54,015 nucleotides of DNA from positions 1 through 54,015 of the forward strand of contig JBBTYN010000001.1 in the NCBI GenBank assembly GCA_038061755.1. The letters run 5' to 3'. Under the pieces are notes generated by a model that ran no database searches, was not told the DNA's origin, and saw only the letters and a list, made by a program, of their open reading frames with translations. Positions 45,851-54,015 of the stretch are shown here, in pieces; the first letter of the stretch is position 1; each line of letters opens with the position of its first letter. The position numbers and the translations under genes are program-made. The stretch comes from Patescibacteria group bacterium (GTDB lineage Bacteria > Patescibacteriota > Minisyncoccia > Phycocordibacterales > UBA9973).

Positions 45851-46674
45851 AGATTATTTTGTTCTGAAGGATAACCAGTTTTAGGCAATTTAGGAGTTAC
45901 TGTTGGAATTACAGCAGGGGCTGTTACTGTTGGAACTACAGCAGGAGGTGTTATTGTCGGTGCAGGGGCTGTTACTGTTGGAACTACAGCAGGAGTTCCA
46001 CATGATGGTACGCTAATTGTGTCTGCATTGGTCGTTACAGTTCCGCCAAAAGCTAGAGCTCTTCCGTTCCAAGTTACAGTACTACCTACAGTAATACCTG
46101 AAGTATCTATATCAGTTCCTATAAAACTAGAATTGGCGCCAAGAGTGGTAGCTTGAGTTGGGGTCCAAAAAACATTACAAGATGATGCACCACCAGAAAG
46201 AGTTACATTAGAGTTAGCAACTGTTGTCAATGCGCCATCAATTCTAAAGATATATGTTCCAGAACCATTTAAAGTAATTCCACCTGTACCAATAGATGCA
46301 GCGGCCGTAATACAATAAACTCCGGGTGTTAGGGGTTGAGGTAAAAGACTTAAGTCAGTTGCAGAATTGAAATTAAAATCACACGACTGTGAGTTTAAAG
46401 TACCTAATGCACTACCTTGATCTGTGCCTGCTTGATTGTAAGAACTGTCTGCAACATGTGTTGTGCCATTTATTGTAGGCATAACTGCAGGTGGAGTAGT
46501 ATAGCCAACATCACCAGTAATAGTTGTTCCAGTTGTGTTGGTATAAGTACTACTAAGGACTCCATATGTACTTGCTTCTCCGAGAGATGGAGTTGTTGCT
46601 GCAAGTAGAGTGATTGGTAAAATGAAGCCGAACGAAAACAGAGAAGCAAAAAGAATTACTTTTAACTTATTTAT
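45808..46674 (-). CDS. Secreted DUF3494/ice-binding-like beta-solenoid protein with a Pro/Thr stalk and LPKTG motif; start codon unresolved
   Basis: The frame is open from 46701. It has a signal-peptide-like KINKLKVILFASLFSFGFILPITLLAA, a GVLSSTYTNTTGTTITGDVG N-terminus, NVFW...GRALAFGGTVT, and LPKTG at 45888-45874. The only in-frame ATG (46482) lies after the signal peptide. Confidence 0.7.
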   Translation of the reverse strand: MNKLKVILFASLFSFGFILPITLLAATTPSLGEASTYGVLSSTYTNTTGTTITGDVGYTTPPAVMPTINGTTHVADSSYNQAGTDQGSALGTLNSQSCDFNFNSATDLSLLPQPLTPGVYCITAAASIGTGGITLNGSGTYIFRIDGALTTVANSNVTLSGGASSCNVFWTPTQATTLGANSSFIGTDIDTSGITVGSTVTWNGRALAFGGTVTTNADTISVPSCGTPAVVPTVTAPAPTITPPAVVPTVTAPAVIPTVTPKLPKTGYPSEQNNLWQNIIQKLYSFFF

Positions 46675-46859
46675 TTTTTGTATTTTTATAGATTTTTTTA
46701 TTTAAACAGTTGATAATTATTGATTAATTTTGTCGACCTTATCACAAAGTAGAGAAAAAATGCTAGGACCTTTTTATGATATAATAATTATATCATAGCA
46801 ATAGTACGTTTGTCATTATAAATTTTAATAAAGTGTAATTATGGTACTATGGGTAAATT

Positions 46860-49100
46860 ATGAGATATATCTTTGTTATAATTAGCAGTGTTGTTATAGT
46901 TGTAAGTTTAGTTGCGCTTGGTTTTAATTTTAAACAAGTCAACGAAGAACGAGTAACACTAACGACTAATTTAGAACAACGAGCTTCTTTACTTTCTGAT
47001 TCTTTAAAAGAATCTGTTGAACCTTATTATGCCAATTCTTCACAGTCTTCATTTCAAACTTCTCTTCAAAAAGTTGTAAATAAATTTGCTAATCGCGAAC
47101 GCTTGGCAGGGATTGCTCTCTATGACAATAAAGGAACGCTCTTGGCCACTTCTTCTGGATTGCCTAAAACTATAATTGAAAATGTAAAAATTGTTACTGA
47201 TGCAATGGATAGCAATACATCAAACAATGATTTTTTTAATGCTGATGGAGAAAGACGTTATGTGCATGTTGATCCATTACATAATGATGAAAGTATTGTG
47301 GGAGCGCTTATGGTTGTGCAAAACGCTGGATATATAAATACAAGTATTGGTGAAATTTGGAAAGGAAATTTATTAAGATTAGGAATTCAAATAATCATCT
47401 TTTCAATCACAATTTTTATAATTTTAAGATTTTTTGTTTTTCGTCAAGTAATTCGTTTAGTTGAATCTGTAAAAAAGATTCGAATGGGAGAAGGAAAAGA
47501 ATCTTTTAAAGACGAAGGTAAATATTCTTTTTTTACACCTTTAGCTAAAGAAATTAACTATATTACTAAAAGTCTTTCACAGGCGCGTTTGTCAGCTAGT
47601 GAAGAGGCTCGAATGAGACTTGAAAAAATTGATAGCCCGTGGACCGCTGAGCGTTTGTCTGAATTCGCCAAAGCGCATCTCAAGAATAGACCTATTTTTG
47701 TTGTATCTAACCGTGAGCCATATGAACATTTTAATTCAAAAGGAAAAATAAATTATAAAGTACCAGCTAGTGGAATGATCACTGCTATTGAAAAAGTTGT
47801 AGAAGCTTGTGGTGGCACATGGATTGCTTGGGGTAGCGGAGAGGCAGACAAACAAACCGTAGACAAAGATAATAAAATTAAAGTACCTATCCAAGAACCT
47901 AAATATACCCTTAAAAGAGTCTGGCTTTCTGAAGAGGAAATTAATGGATATTATAAAGGATTTTCAAATGAAGCTTTATGGCCACTTTGTTTAATGGCTC
48001 ACACTCGTCCTCTATTTAGGAAAGAAGATTGGTATGAATATAAAAAAGTTAATAGGATATTTGCAAAAAGTGTGCTTGAAGAGATAAATAATGTTTTAAA
48101 TCCATTGATTTTAATTCAAGATTATCATTTAGCACTTTTGCCACAGATGATAAAAGAAAGTCGACCTGATGCTCAGGTGGGTATATTTTGGCATATACCA
48201 TGGCCAAGCCCTGAAGCATTTAGTGTTTGCCCTTGGCGTAAAGAAATATTGCAAGGAATGCTCGGTGCTGATATAGTTGGTTTTCATATTCAACAATTTT
48301 GTAATAATTTTATAGATACTGTTGGAAAAGAATTAGAATCTTTATGTGATATTGAACAGTTTGCCGTAACTTATCAAAATCACACCAGCTATATTAAATC
48401 ATTTCCTATTAGTATTGCTTTTACGGGTAGTGGTAATGACATTTTATACGATGCAAATATTGGAAAAACATTTTTAGAGAAATTAGGCATACATACTAAA
48501 TATGTTGGTTTAGGAGTTGATCGAATGGACTATACAAAAGGACTTCTCGAAAGATTTAAGGCTATAGAATTTTTCCTTGATGCTTATCCAACATATAAAG
48601 AGAACTTTACATTTTTACAAATAGCTTCGCCAAGCCGTGAGAGTGTTCCAAAGTATAAACAGTTTAGTGAAGATGTAACAAAAGAAGCCAAACGCATAAA
48701 CGATAAATTTAAAACAAAGTCATGGCAACCCATTGTTCTTGTAAAGAAACACCATTCGCACGAAGAGTTAGGTCCTCTTTTTAAAATTGCTGATGTCTGT
48801 ATGATAACTTCTTTGCATGATGGTATGAATTTAGTGGCTAAAGAATATGTCGCCGCTCGGGATGACGAGAATGGTGTTTTGATACTAAGTAAATTTACTG
48901 GTGCTGTTCGAGATCTCAAAGGTGCCATAATTGTAAATCCATATAGCGCCGAAGAAACATCTGAAGCTATAAATACTGCGTTAAATATGCCATTACCAGA
49001 AAAAGAAAAAAGGATGAAAAAGATGCGAGAATCTGTTAAAAATTACAATATTTACCGTTGGTCTGCGGAATTTATTAGAGCAATAACAAGCTTAAGTTAG
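46860..49100 (+). CDS. otsA: Trehalose-6-phosphate synthase (GT20) fused to an N-terminal two-TM sensor/HAMP-like module
   Basis: C-terminal part has VSNREPY, LIQDYHL and GMNLVAKEY. The N-terminal 270 aa or so has 2 TM segments flanking an extracytoplasmic domain. Confidence 0.85.
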   Translation: MRYIFVIISSVVIVVSLVALGFNFKQVNEERVTLTTNLEQRASLLSDSLKESVEPYYANSSQSSFQTSLQKVVNKFANRERLAGIALYDNKGTLLATSSGLPKTIIENVKIVTDAMDSNTSNNDFFNADGERRYVHVDPLHNDESIVGALMVVQNAGYINTSIGEIWKGNLLRLGIQIIIFSITIFIILRFFVFRQVIRLVESVKKIRMGEGKESFKDEGKYSFFTPLAKEINYITKSLSQARLSASEEARMRLEKIDSPWTAERLSEFAKAHLKNRPIFVVSNREPYEHFNSKGKINYKVPASGMITAIEKVVEACGGTWIAWGSGEADKQTVDKDNKIKVPIQEPKYTLKRVWLSEEEINGYYKGFSNEALWPLCLMAHTRPLFRKEDWYEYKKVNRIFAKSVLEEINNVLNPLILIQDYHLALLPQMIKESRPDAQVGIFWHIPWPSPEAFSVCPWRKEILQGMLGADIVGFHIQQFCNNFIDTVGKELESLCDIEQFAVTYQNHTSYIKSFPISIAFTGSGNDILYDANIGKTFLEKLGIHTKYVGLGVDRMDYTKGLLERFKAIEFFLDAYPTYKENFTFLQIASPSRESVPKYKQFSEDVTKEAKRINDKFKTKSWQPIVLVKKHHSHEELGPLFKIADVCMITSLHDGMNLVAKEYVAARDDENGVLILSKFTGAVRDLKGAIIVNPYSAEETSEAINTALNMPLPEKEKRMKKMRESVKNYNIYRWSAEFIRAITSLS

Positions 49101-49103
49101 CAT

Positions 49104-49892
49104 ATGAAATATGTATTTAAAGACTTTTTTGAGATTAAAAGATTGATAGAAAAAAAAGATGGATTTATTTTACTTTTAGATTTTGACGGAGTACTTTCAG
49201 CCATTGCACCAACCCCAGACGAAGCATTTATTTCAGATGAAAATCTAATGCTTTTTAAAAAATGTGCCAAACTTTTTCCTGTCGCCATTATCACTGGTCG
49301 GGAATTTACTGACATTAAGAAAAAAATAAACATAAATAAATTTTTATATATTGCGAGCCACGGTCTTGAGTGTAATGAGAATGGTAAATATCACGTTAAA
49401 ATAATTCCTAAAAAGATAATCGGGTCCATAAATTTAGCGAAGCAAAAAATTAAAATGCTTATGCAACGTTATCCGGGAATGATCTTTGAAGATAAGAATT
49501 TTATGTTTGCTGTTCATTATCGTGTAATGAATCCAAGGTTGGTAAAAGGTTTTATTCAAGAAGTAATATCTATTTTAAAACCGATTATTAAACAAAATAA
49601 ATTGCGTCTTGATCATAATTTAAAAACTTTTGAATTACGACCTGAAATTGGTTGGGATAAAGGAGACAGTGTACTCTTTGCTGAGAAATATTTTAATAAA
49701 AAAACAGGAAAAAAACTTGTACCGATTTATATTGGTGATAGCCAAACAGACGAGGATGCTTTTGTTGTATTAAAAAAAGATGGAATTACTATTCGTGTTG
49801 GTAAAAATAATAAAAGTTCAGCGAAATGGTATTTAAAAAATCAAAAAGAAGTTAGCCTTTTTCTAAAATGGTTATTGTCTTTTGTGAATTAG
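49104..49892 (+). CDS. otsB: Trehalose-6-phosphate phosphatase (HAD)
   Basis: LLLDFDGVL (DxD) and IGDSQTDEDAF motifs; follows otsA. Confidence 0.85.
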   Translation: MKYVFKDFFEIKRLIEKKDGFILLLDFDGVLSAIAPTPDEAFISDENLMLFKKCAKLFPVAIITGREFTDIKKKININKFLYIASHGLECNENGKYHVKIIPKKIIGSINLAKQKIKMLMQRYPGMIFEDKNFMFAVHYRVMNPRLVKGFIQEVISILKPIIKQNKLRLDHNLKTFELRPEIGWDKGDSVLFAEKYFNKKTGKKLVPIYIGDSQTDEDAFVVLKKDGITIRVGKNNKSSAKWYLKNQKEVSLFLKWLLSFVN

Positions 49893-49934
49893 AAAAACAA
49901 GCCAATTTTTTAGCTATCAGCTATAATAATTACC

Positions 49935-52607
49935 ATGGATACGAAATGGTATTTATTGTCGCAGGAACAAATATTTAAAAAACTTAATACGTCATTGCGC
50001 GGGCTTTCTCTTGACGAGGTTCAGAATCGAATTAAACAGTATGGTTTTAATGTTTTGCCAGAGAAAAAACCTACTTCTTTAGTACGTCTTTTTTTTAATC
50101 AATTCAATAGTCCTCTCATTTTTATATTAATAATAGCGAGTTTTATTACTTATATAATCGGAGAAACAACAGATGCGTGTATTATCTTAGCAGTGCTCAT
50201 CTTTAATGCAATTGTTGGAACAATTCAAGAAGGTAAAGCCCAAAATACTCTCAATGCTCTTAAAAAGTTTGTTGAAACAAAAGCAACTGTGTTACGTAAT
50301 GGTACGGAATTTATTATTTCAGATAATGAAGTAGTTCCCGGAGATATAATTGATTTACAAGAAGGAGAAAAAATACCTGCTGATGCGCGAGTTATTCTGT
50401 CACAAAATCTTAAAGTAGACGAAGCTTCACTTACGGGAGAATCAGAATCAGTTTACAAAATATTTGATGTGCTTACACAAGATACAGTTTCTGTTGCCGA
50501 TCAAAGAAATATGTTATTTAAAGGAACGAACATTGTTTCTGGGAGCGGAAGGGCTGTGGTTGTAGCAACAGGATCCAATACAGCTATTGGCAGTATTGCC
50601 AAAGAAATTTCTTCAATTGATACAGAAATTCCCTTGAAAGCGAATATTCGATATTTATCCCGAGCAATTATTATTACTGTTGGAATAATTTGCACCTTAT
50701 TATTTGGTATTGGTATTGCTACTGGTGAATCAATACGAACTATGTTTACCATTGTCGTATCGCTTTCTGTTTCTATCATTCCAGAAGGATTACCTATTGT
50801 TATAACTTTAGTGCTTGCAACAGGCGTTTGGCGAATGTCTAAACGTAATGCATTAGTAAAAAAACTGCAAGCAGTTGAAGCGCTTGGTCAAGCACAAATT
50901 ATTGCAGTTGATAAAACTGGCACTATTACAAAAAATGAATTAGTTGTGCGACAAGTATGGACGGTAGATAAATTATTTGATATTGGTGGTATTGGCTATG
51001 AACCTGTTGGAGATGTGACATTAAGAAATAATGTTATTGATGCGGTCAATCACCCTGAATTACTTATGGTTGGTAAAGTTGTCGCCTTGTGTGCCAGTGC
51101 TAGGCTTTTATTTTCTGATACCAAAAAACGTTGGTTTATTGCAGGCGACCCAACAGAAGCGGCCATGGTAGTTTTTGCAAAGAAAATTGGGTTTAACAAA
51201 GAAGACTTGCTTATTGAATTACCACTTTTACAAGAAATGCCATTTGATTATAAACTCAAATATCGGGCAGTGGTTAATTCTGTTGAAGGTAAAAATTTAC
51301 TGACAGTAATTGGCGCCCCAGAAATTATTATTGAGCTTTCAAAAAATATAATAAGTGTGGAAGGTTCTCGTTTGATAAGAGAAGAAGATAGAAAAAAATT
51401 AGAAGAAGTATTAACAGCAATGTCTCTCTTGGGACAACGTGTTGTTGCTATTGGTATTAATAATAATGTTCAAAATATCAATAGTCCACAATTAGTTTCA
51501 GACTTAACTTTTGTCGGTTTTTTAGCAATGAAAGATATTTTACGTCCTGAAGTAAAAGATGCAATGGATCGGGCTCAAGAAGCAGGCATTAAGGTTGTGA
51601 TGATTACAGGTGACCACAAGATTACCGCTATGGCAATTGCTCGTGAAGCAGACATATATCATGATGGTGATGAAATACTTACTGGAAGTGAAATTGATAC
51701 AATGAACGACTCTGAACTTTCGGATAAATTGTCTCGAACGACAGTATTCGCCAGAGTAACACCTGAACATAAATTAAAAATTATTACTGCGTTCAAAAAA
51801 CGTGGTGAAATTATTGCAATGACGGGTGATGGAGTCAACGATGCACCATCACTTGTGGCCGCGGATCTTGGGGTGGCTATGGGTAATATTGGCACAGAAG
51901 TGGCAAAAGAAGCGGCTGATATTATACTTCTTGACGATAATTTCGGCAGTATTGTGTCTGCCGTTGAAGAGGGAAGAAGTATTTATAAAACGATAAAGAA
52001 AGTGATTTTATATCTTTTCTCAACCAGTATCGGTGAAGTATTAACAATAATTGGAGCTTTGCTTTTGGGTATGCCCCTACCAATTTTAGCGGCTCAAATT
52101 ATTTGGCTTAATTTTGTGACAGACGGTTTTCTTGATGTATCGCTTGCCATGGAACCAAAAGAAAAAGGACTTTTGTTGGGCAAGTTTCAAAAACCAAAGA
52201 AATATCTTATTGATAAATTAATGTTACAGAGAATGATTTTTATGGCTATTCCTATGATGGTAGGCACACTTTTTTTATTTCAAAGATATGTAGATATAAA
52301 TATTGAGAAGGCATGGACTGTCTCGCTCACGACACTTGCAGTGTTTCAATGGTTTAATGCGTGGAATTGCAGATCTGATTCAAAATCAATTTTTCAATTA
52401 AATCCTCTTTCAAATAAATTTTTAGTTGGTGCGACAATGATTGTTATTTCTCTTCAATTATTTGCAATATATACGCCAATACTACAAAAAATATTACATA
52501 CAGTTCCACTTGAGCTTTTTGATTGGTTTATAATTATTCCAGTTGCATTATCTATCGTATTTGTTGAAGAAATACGTAAATTATTTTATAGAAGAAAAAT
52601 AATTTAA
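49935..52607 (+). CDS. P2-type cation-transporting ATPase (Ca2+/Mg2+-like)
   Basis: [26 protein letters not shown] and [11 protein letters not shown] motifs; 10-TM layout. Confidence 0.9.
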   Translation: MDTKWYLLSQEQIFKKLNTSLRGLSLDEVQNRIKQYGFNVLPEKKPTSLVRLFFNQFNSPLIFILIIASFITYIIGETTDACIILAVLIFNAIVGTIQEGKAQNTLNALKKFVETKATVLRNGTEFIISDNEVVPGDIIDLQEGEKIPADARVILSQNLKVDEASLTGESESVYKIFDVLTQDTVSVADQRNMLFKGTNIVSGSGRAVVVATGSNTAIGSIAKEISSIDTEIPLKANIRYLSRAIIITVGIICTLLFGIGIATGESIRTMFTIVVSLSVSIIPEGLPIVITLVLATGVWRMSKRNALVKKLQAVEALGQAQIIAVDKTGTITKNELVVRQVWTVDKLFDIGGIGYEPVGDVTLRNNVIDAVNHPELLMVGKVVALCASARLLFSDTKKRWFIAGDPTEAAMVVFAKKIGFNKEDLLIELPLLQEMPFDYKLKYRAVVNSVEGKNLLTVIGAPEIIIELSKNIISVEGSRLIREEDRKKLEEVLTAMSLLGQRVVAIGINNNVQNINSPQLVSDLTFVGFLAMKDILRPEVKDAMDRAQEAGIKVVMITGDHKITAMAIAREADIYHDGDEILTGSEIDTMNDSELSDKLSRTTVFARVTPEHKLKIITAFKKRGEIIAMTGDGVNDAPSLVAADLGVAMGNIGTEVAKEAADIILLDDNFGSIVSAVEEGRSIYKTIKKVILYLFSTSIGEVLTIIGALLLGMPLPILAAQIIWLNFVTDGFLDVSLAMEPKEKGLLLGKFQKPKKYLIDKLMLQRMIFMAIPMMVGTLFLFQRYVDINIEKAWTVSLTTLAVFQWFNAWNCRSDSKSIFQLNPLSNKFLVGATMIVISLQLFAIYTPILQKILHTVPLELFDWFIIIPVALSIVFVEEIRKLFYRRKII

Positions 52608-52656
52608 GTTTCTTTTTCTCTTTATTTTTCACCTATAATCTGTTAGAGTTTTTAAT

Positions 52657-53475
52657 ATGTCACTAAGTATTGGAATAGTCGGTCTGCCGAATGTGGGTAA
52701 GTCCACGCTTTTTAATGCGCTTACCAAGAAAAGTGTGCCGGCAGAAAATTATCCTTTTTGTACGATTGATCCATCAGTTGGTATTGTGTCGGTGCCAGAT
52801 GAACGCTTGACTAAGCTTTCAGAGATTAGTAAATCAAAAAAAACTATTCCAGCTGTAGTGGAATTTGTTGATATTGCAGGATTAGTTAAAGGTGCTTCAG
52901 AAGGCGCAGGACTTGGTAATAAATTTCTGTCACATATTCGTGAAGTGGATGCCATTATTGAAGTAGTACGAATTTTTGAGGATAAAGATATGATTCATGT
53001 TCACGATAAGATTGACCCGCTTTTTGATATAGAGGTTATAAATTTTGAACTTGAACAAGCCGGAATTAAAAAACCAACACTTTATGTTTTGAATACTTCC
53101 GAGGTAGCAGAAAATATTAAAAAAGATTTTGTTTCCAAGCTTCCGGGCCCATATATTGAAGTTGACCCAATTTTCGGTACAGGTTTAGATAATTTAATAA
53201 AAGCTAGTTACGATTTATTAAATTTAATTACTTTTTTTACCACTGGAGAAGATGAGTCTCGGGCATGGACTACTCTCCGTGGAGCAATTGCTCCTTTCGC
53301 TGGTCGCTCTATTCATACAGATTTTCAACAGAAATTTATTCGTGCGGAAGTGGTATCTTATGATCAACTCATTGAAGCTGGAAGTTTTGCTAAAGCTCGT
53401 GAGCATGGTTGGGTCCGCACTGAAGGGAAAACATATGTAGTTCAGGATGGGGATGTGATAGAATTTTTAATATGA
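52657..53475 (+). CDS. ychF: Ribosome-binding ATPase YchF, lacking most of the helical insertion domain
   Basis: [41 protein letters not shown] and [11 protein letters not shown] motifs; 272 aa. Confidence 0.85.
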   Translation: MSLSIGIVGLPNVGKSTLFNALTKKSVPAENYPFCTIDPSVGIVSVPDERLTKLSEISKSKKTIPAVVEFVDIAGLVKGASEGAGLGNKFLSHIREVDAIIEVVRIFEDKDMIHVHDKIDPLFDIEVINFELEQAGIKKPTLYVLNTSEVAENIKKDFVSKLPGPYIEVDPIFGTGLDNLIKASYDLLNLITFFTTGEDESRAWTTLRGAIAPFAGRSIHTDFQQKFIRAEVVSYDQLIEAGSFAKAREHGWVRTEGKTYVVQDGDVIEFLI

Positions 53476-54015
53476 TAAAAACTTTTTATGTAAAGGATTG
53501 GCCCTTTGACTCTGCTCAGGATAAAACTAATTATGAACTTCTAGATACAGGGGAGGGGGAGAAGTTGGAGAGATTCGGTAAATATATTTTTGTGCGACCT
53601 TATGAGGACGCAGTTTGGCCAAAGACTTTGAGTAGTAAAGAATGGATAAAAGTTGATGGAAAATTTTGGAGTTCTAAAGTTGGCGCCAAGGCTGGATGGA
53701 AAATGTCAAAGGGCATCTTTGACATGAAAGCAAAATGGGAGATGGAATATAAAGGAATAAAATTTTTAGCTAATCCGACTCCTTTTAGGCATTTAGGATT
53801 TTTTCCAGAGCAGGCAAGTCATTGGGATTTTATAGAAGAAAAAATTAAAGAAGCAATAAGGGAGAATTCTGGAAAGAATTTTTTTGAAACTGCGCCCTCG
53901 GAGACAAAAGGACAGGGGACCCACACGTTTCTTAAAAATTCTTTCCAGAATTCTCCCGTGAAATTCTTAAACTTATTTGGCTACACAGGAGTGGCGAGTT
54001 TATTTGCGCTGCGTG
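53472..54015 (+). CDS. Class I SAM-dependent (RlmI/PF10672-like) methyltransferase, 3'-truncated by the window edge
   Basis: ATGA overlap with ychF. My own translation reads ...FRHLGFFPEQASHWDF...VKFLNLFGYTGVASLFA. It is absent from the ORF track because no stop lies in the window. Confidence 0.65.
   Translation, partial: MIKTFYVKDWPFDSAQDKTNYELLDTGEGEKLERFGKYIFVRPYEDAVWPKTLSSKEWIKVDGKFWSSKVGAKAGWKMSKGIFDMKAKWEMEYKGIKFLANPTPFRHLGFFPEQASHWDFIEEKIKEAIRENSGKNFFETAPSETKGQGTHTFLKNSFQNSPVKFLNLFGYTGVASLFALR
53860..53957. repeat. 98-nt palindromic element inside the methyltransferase CDS
   Basis: GGGAGAATTCTGGAAAGAATTTTT (53860-53883) is the perfect reverse complement of 53934-53957. GAAAC/GTTTC extends the stem, and the 36-nt loop is GC-richer. 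Confidence 0.8.

Overview
By eye this is an AT-rich, gene-dense, mostly plus-strand segment with short intergenic spacers and many shortened housekeeping proteins. I infer, without a database search, that it comes from a reduced-genome Patescibacteria/CPR (Parcubacteria-like) bacterium. The window opens inside a 23S rRNA gene that carries two group I introns: one at E. coli position L1917 encoding a LAGLIDADG endonuclease, and an ORF-less one at L2593. A 5S rRNA follows. Then come envelope and secretion genes (SEDS protein, folD, PAP2, secDF, lemA, htpX) and gatCA. Next is a tRNA cluster: two tRNA-CAU genes and a tRNA-Asp split by a group I intron, preceded by a decayed intron-less tRNA-Asp relic and a LAGLIDADG remnant. 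Further genes include a CsoR-box-controlled SHOCT/DUF3105 pair, arsR-rhodanese, two tRNA-Thr, a minimal prfB, ftsEX and pyrG. A RAYT-type Y1 transposase lies between two identical REP-like hairpins, next to a broken TspO gene and tRNA-Gln. After that come pgl-zwf, several hypotheticals, rnj, secG, a csoR-copA copper island, a sortase with an LPKTG cargo, otsAB, a P2-type ATPase, ychF and a partial methyltransferase. The best candidate for an undescribed system is a tightly packed minus-strand four-gene operon at 29113-33875. It encodes a hyper-acidic 491-aa protein, a minimal double-AAA+ Clp/Hsp100-like ATPase, a 106-aa protein and a soluble TraD/VirD4/HerA-type NTPase. A promoter plus a structured leader with terminator/antiterminator-like repeats precedes it. 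The genetic code appears standard: TGA ends folD, prfB, ftsE and ychF, and RF2 is present. I saw no CRISPR array. All family assignments rest on motifs read from the translations and on memory of those families.
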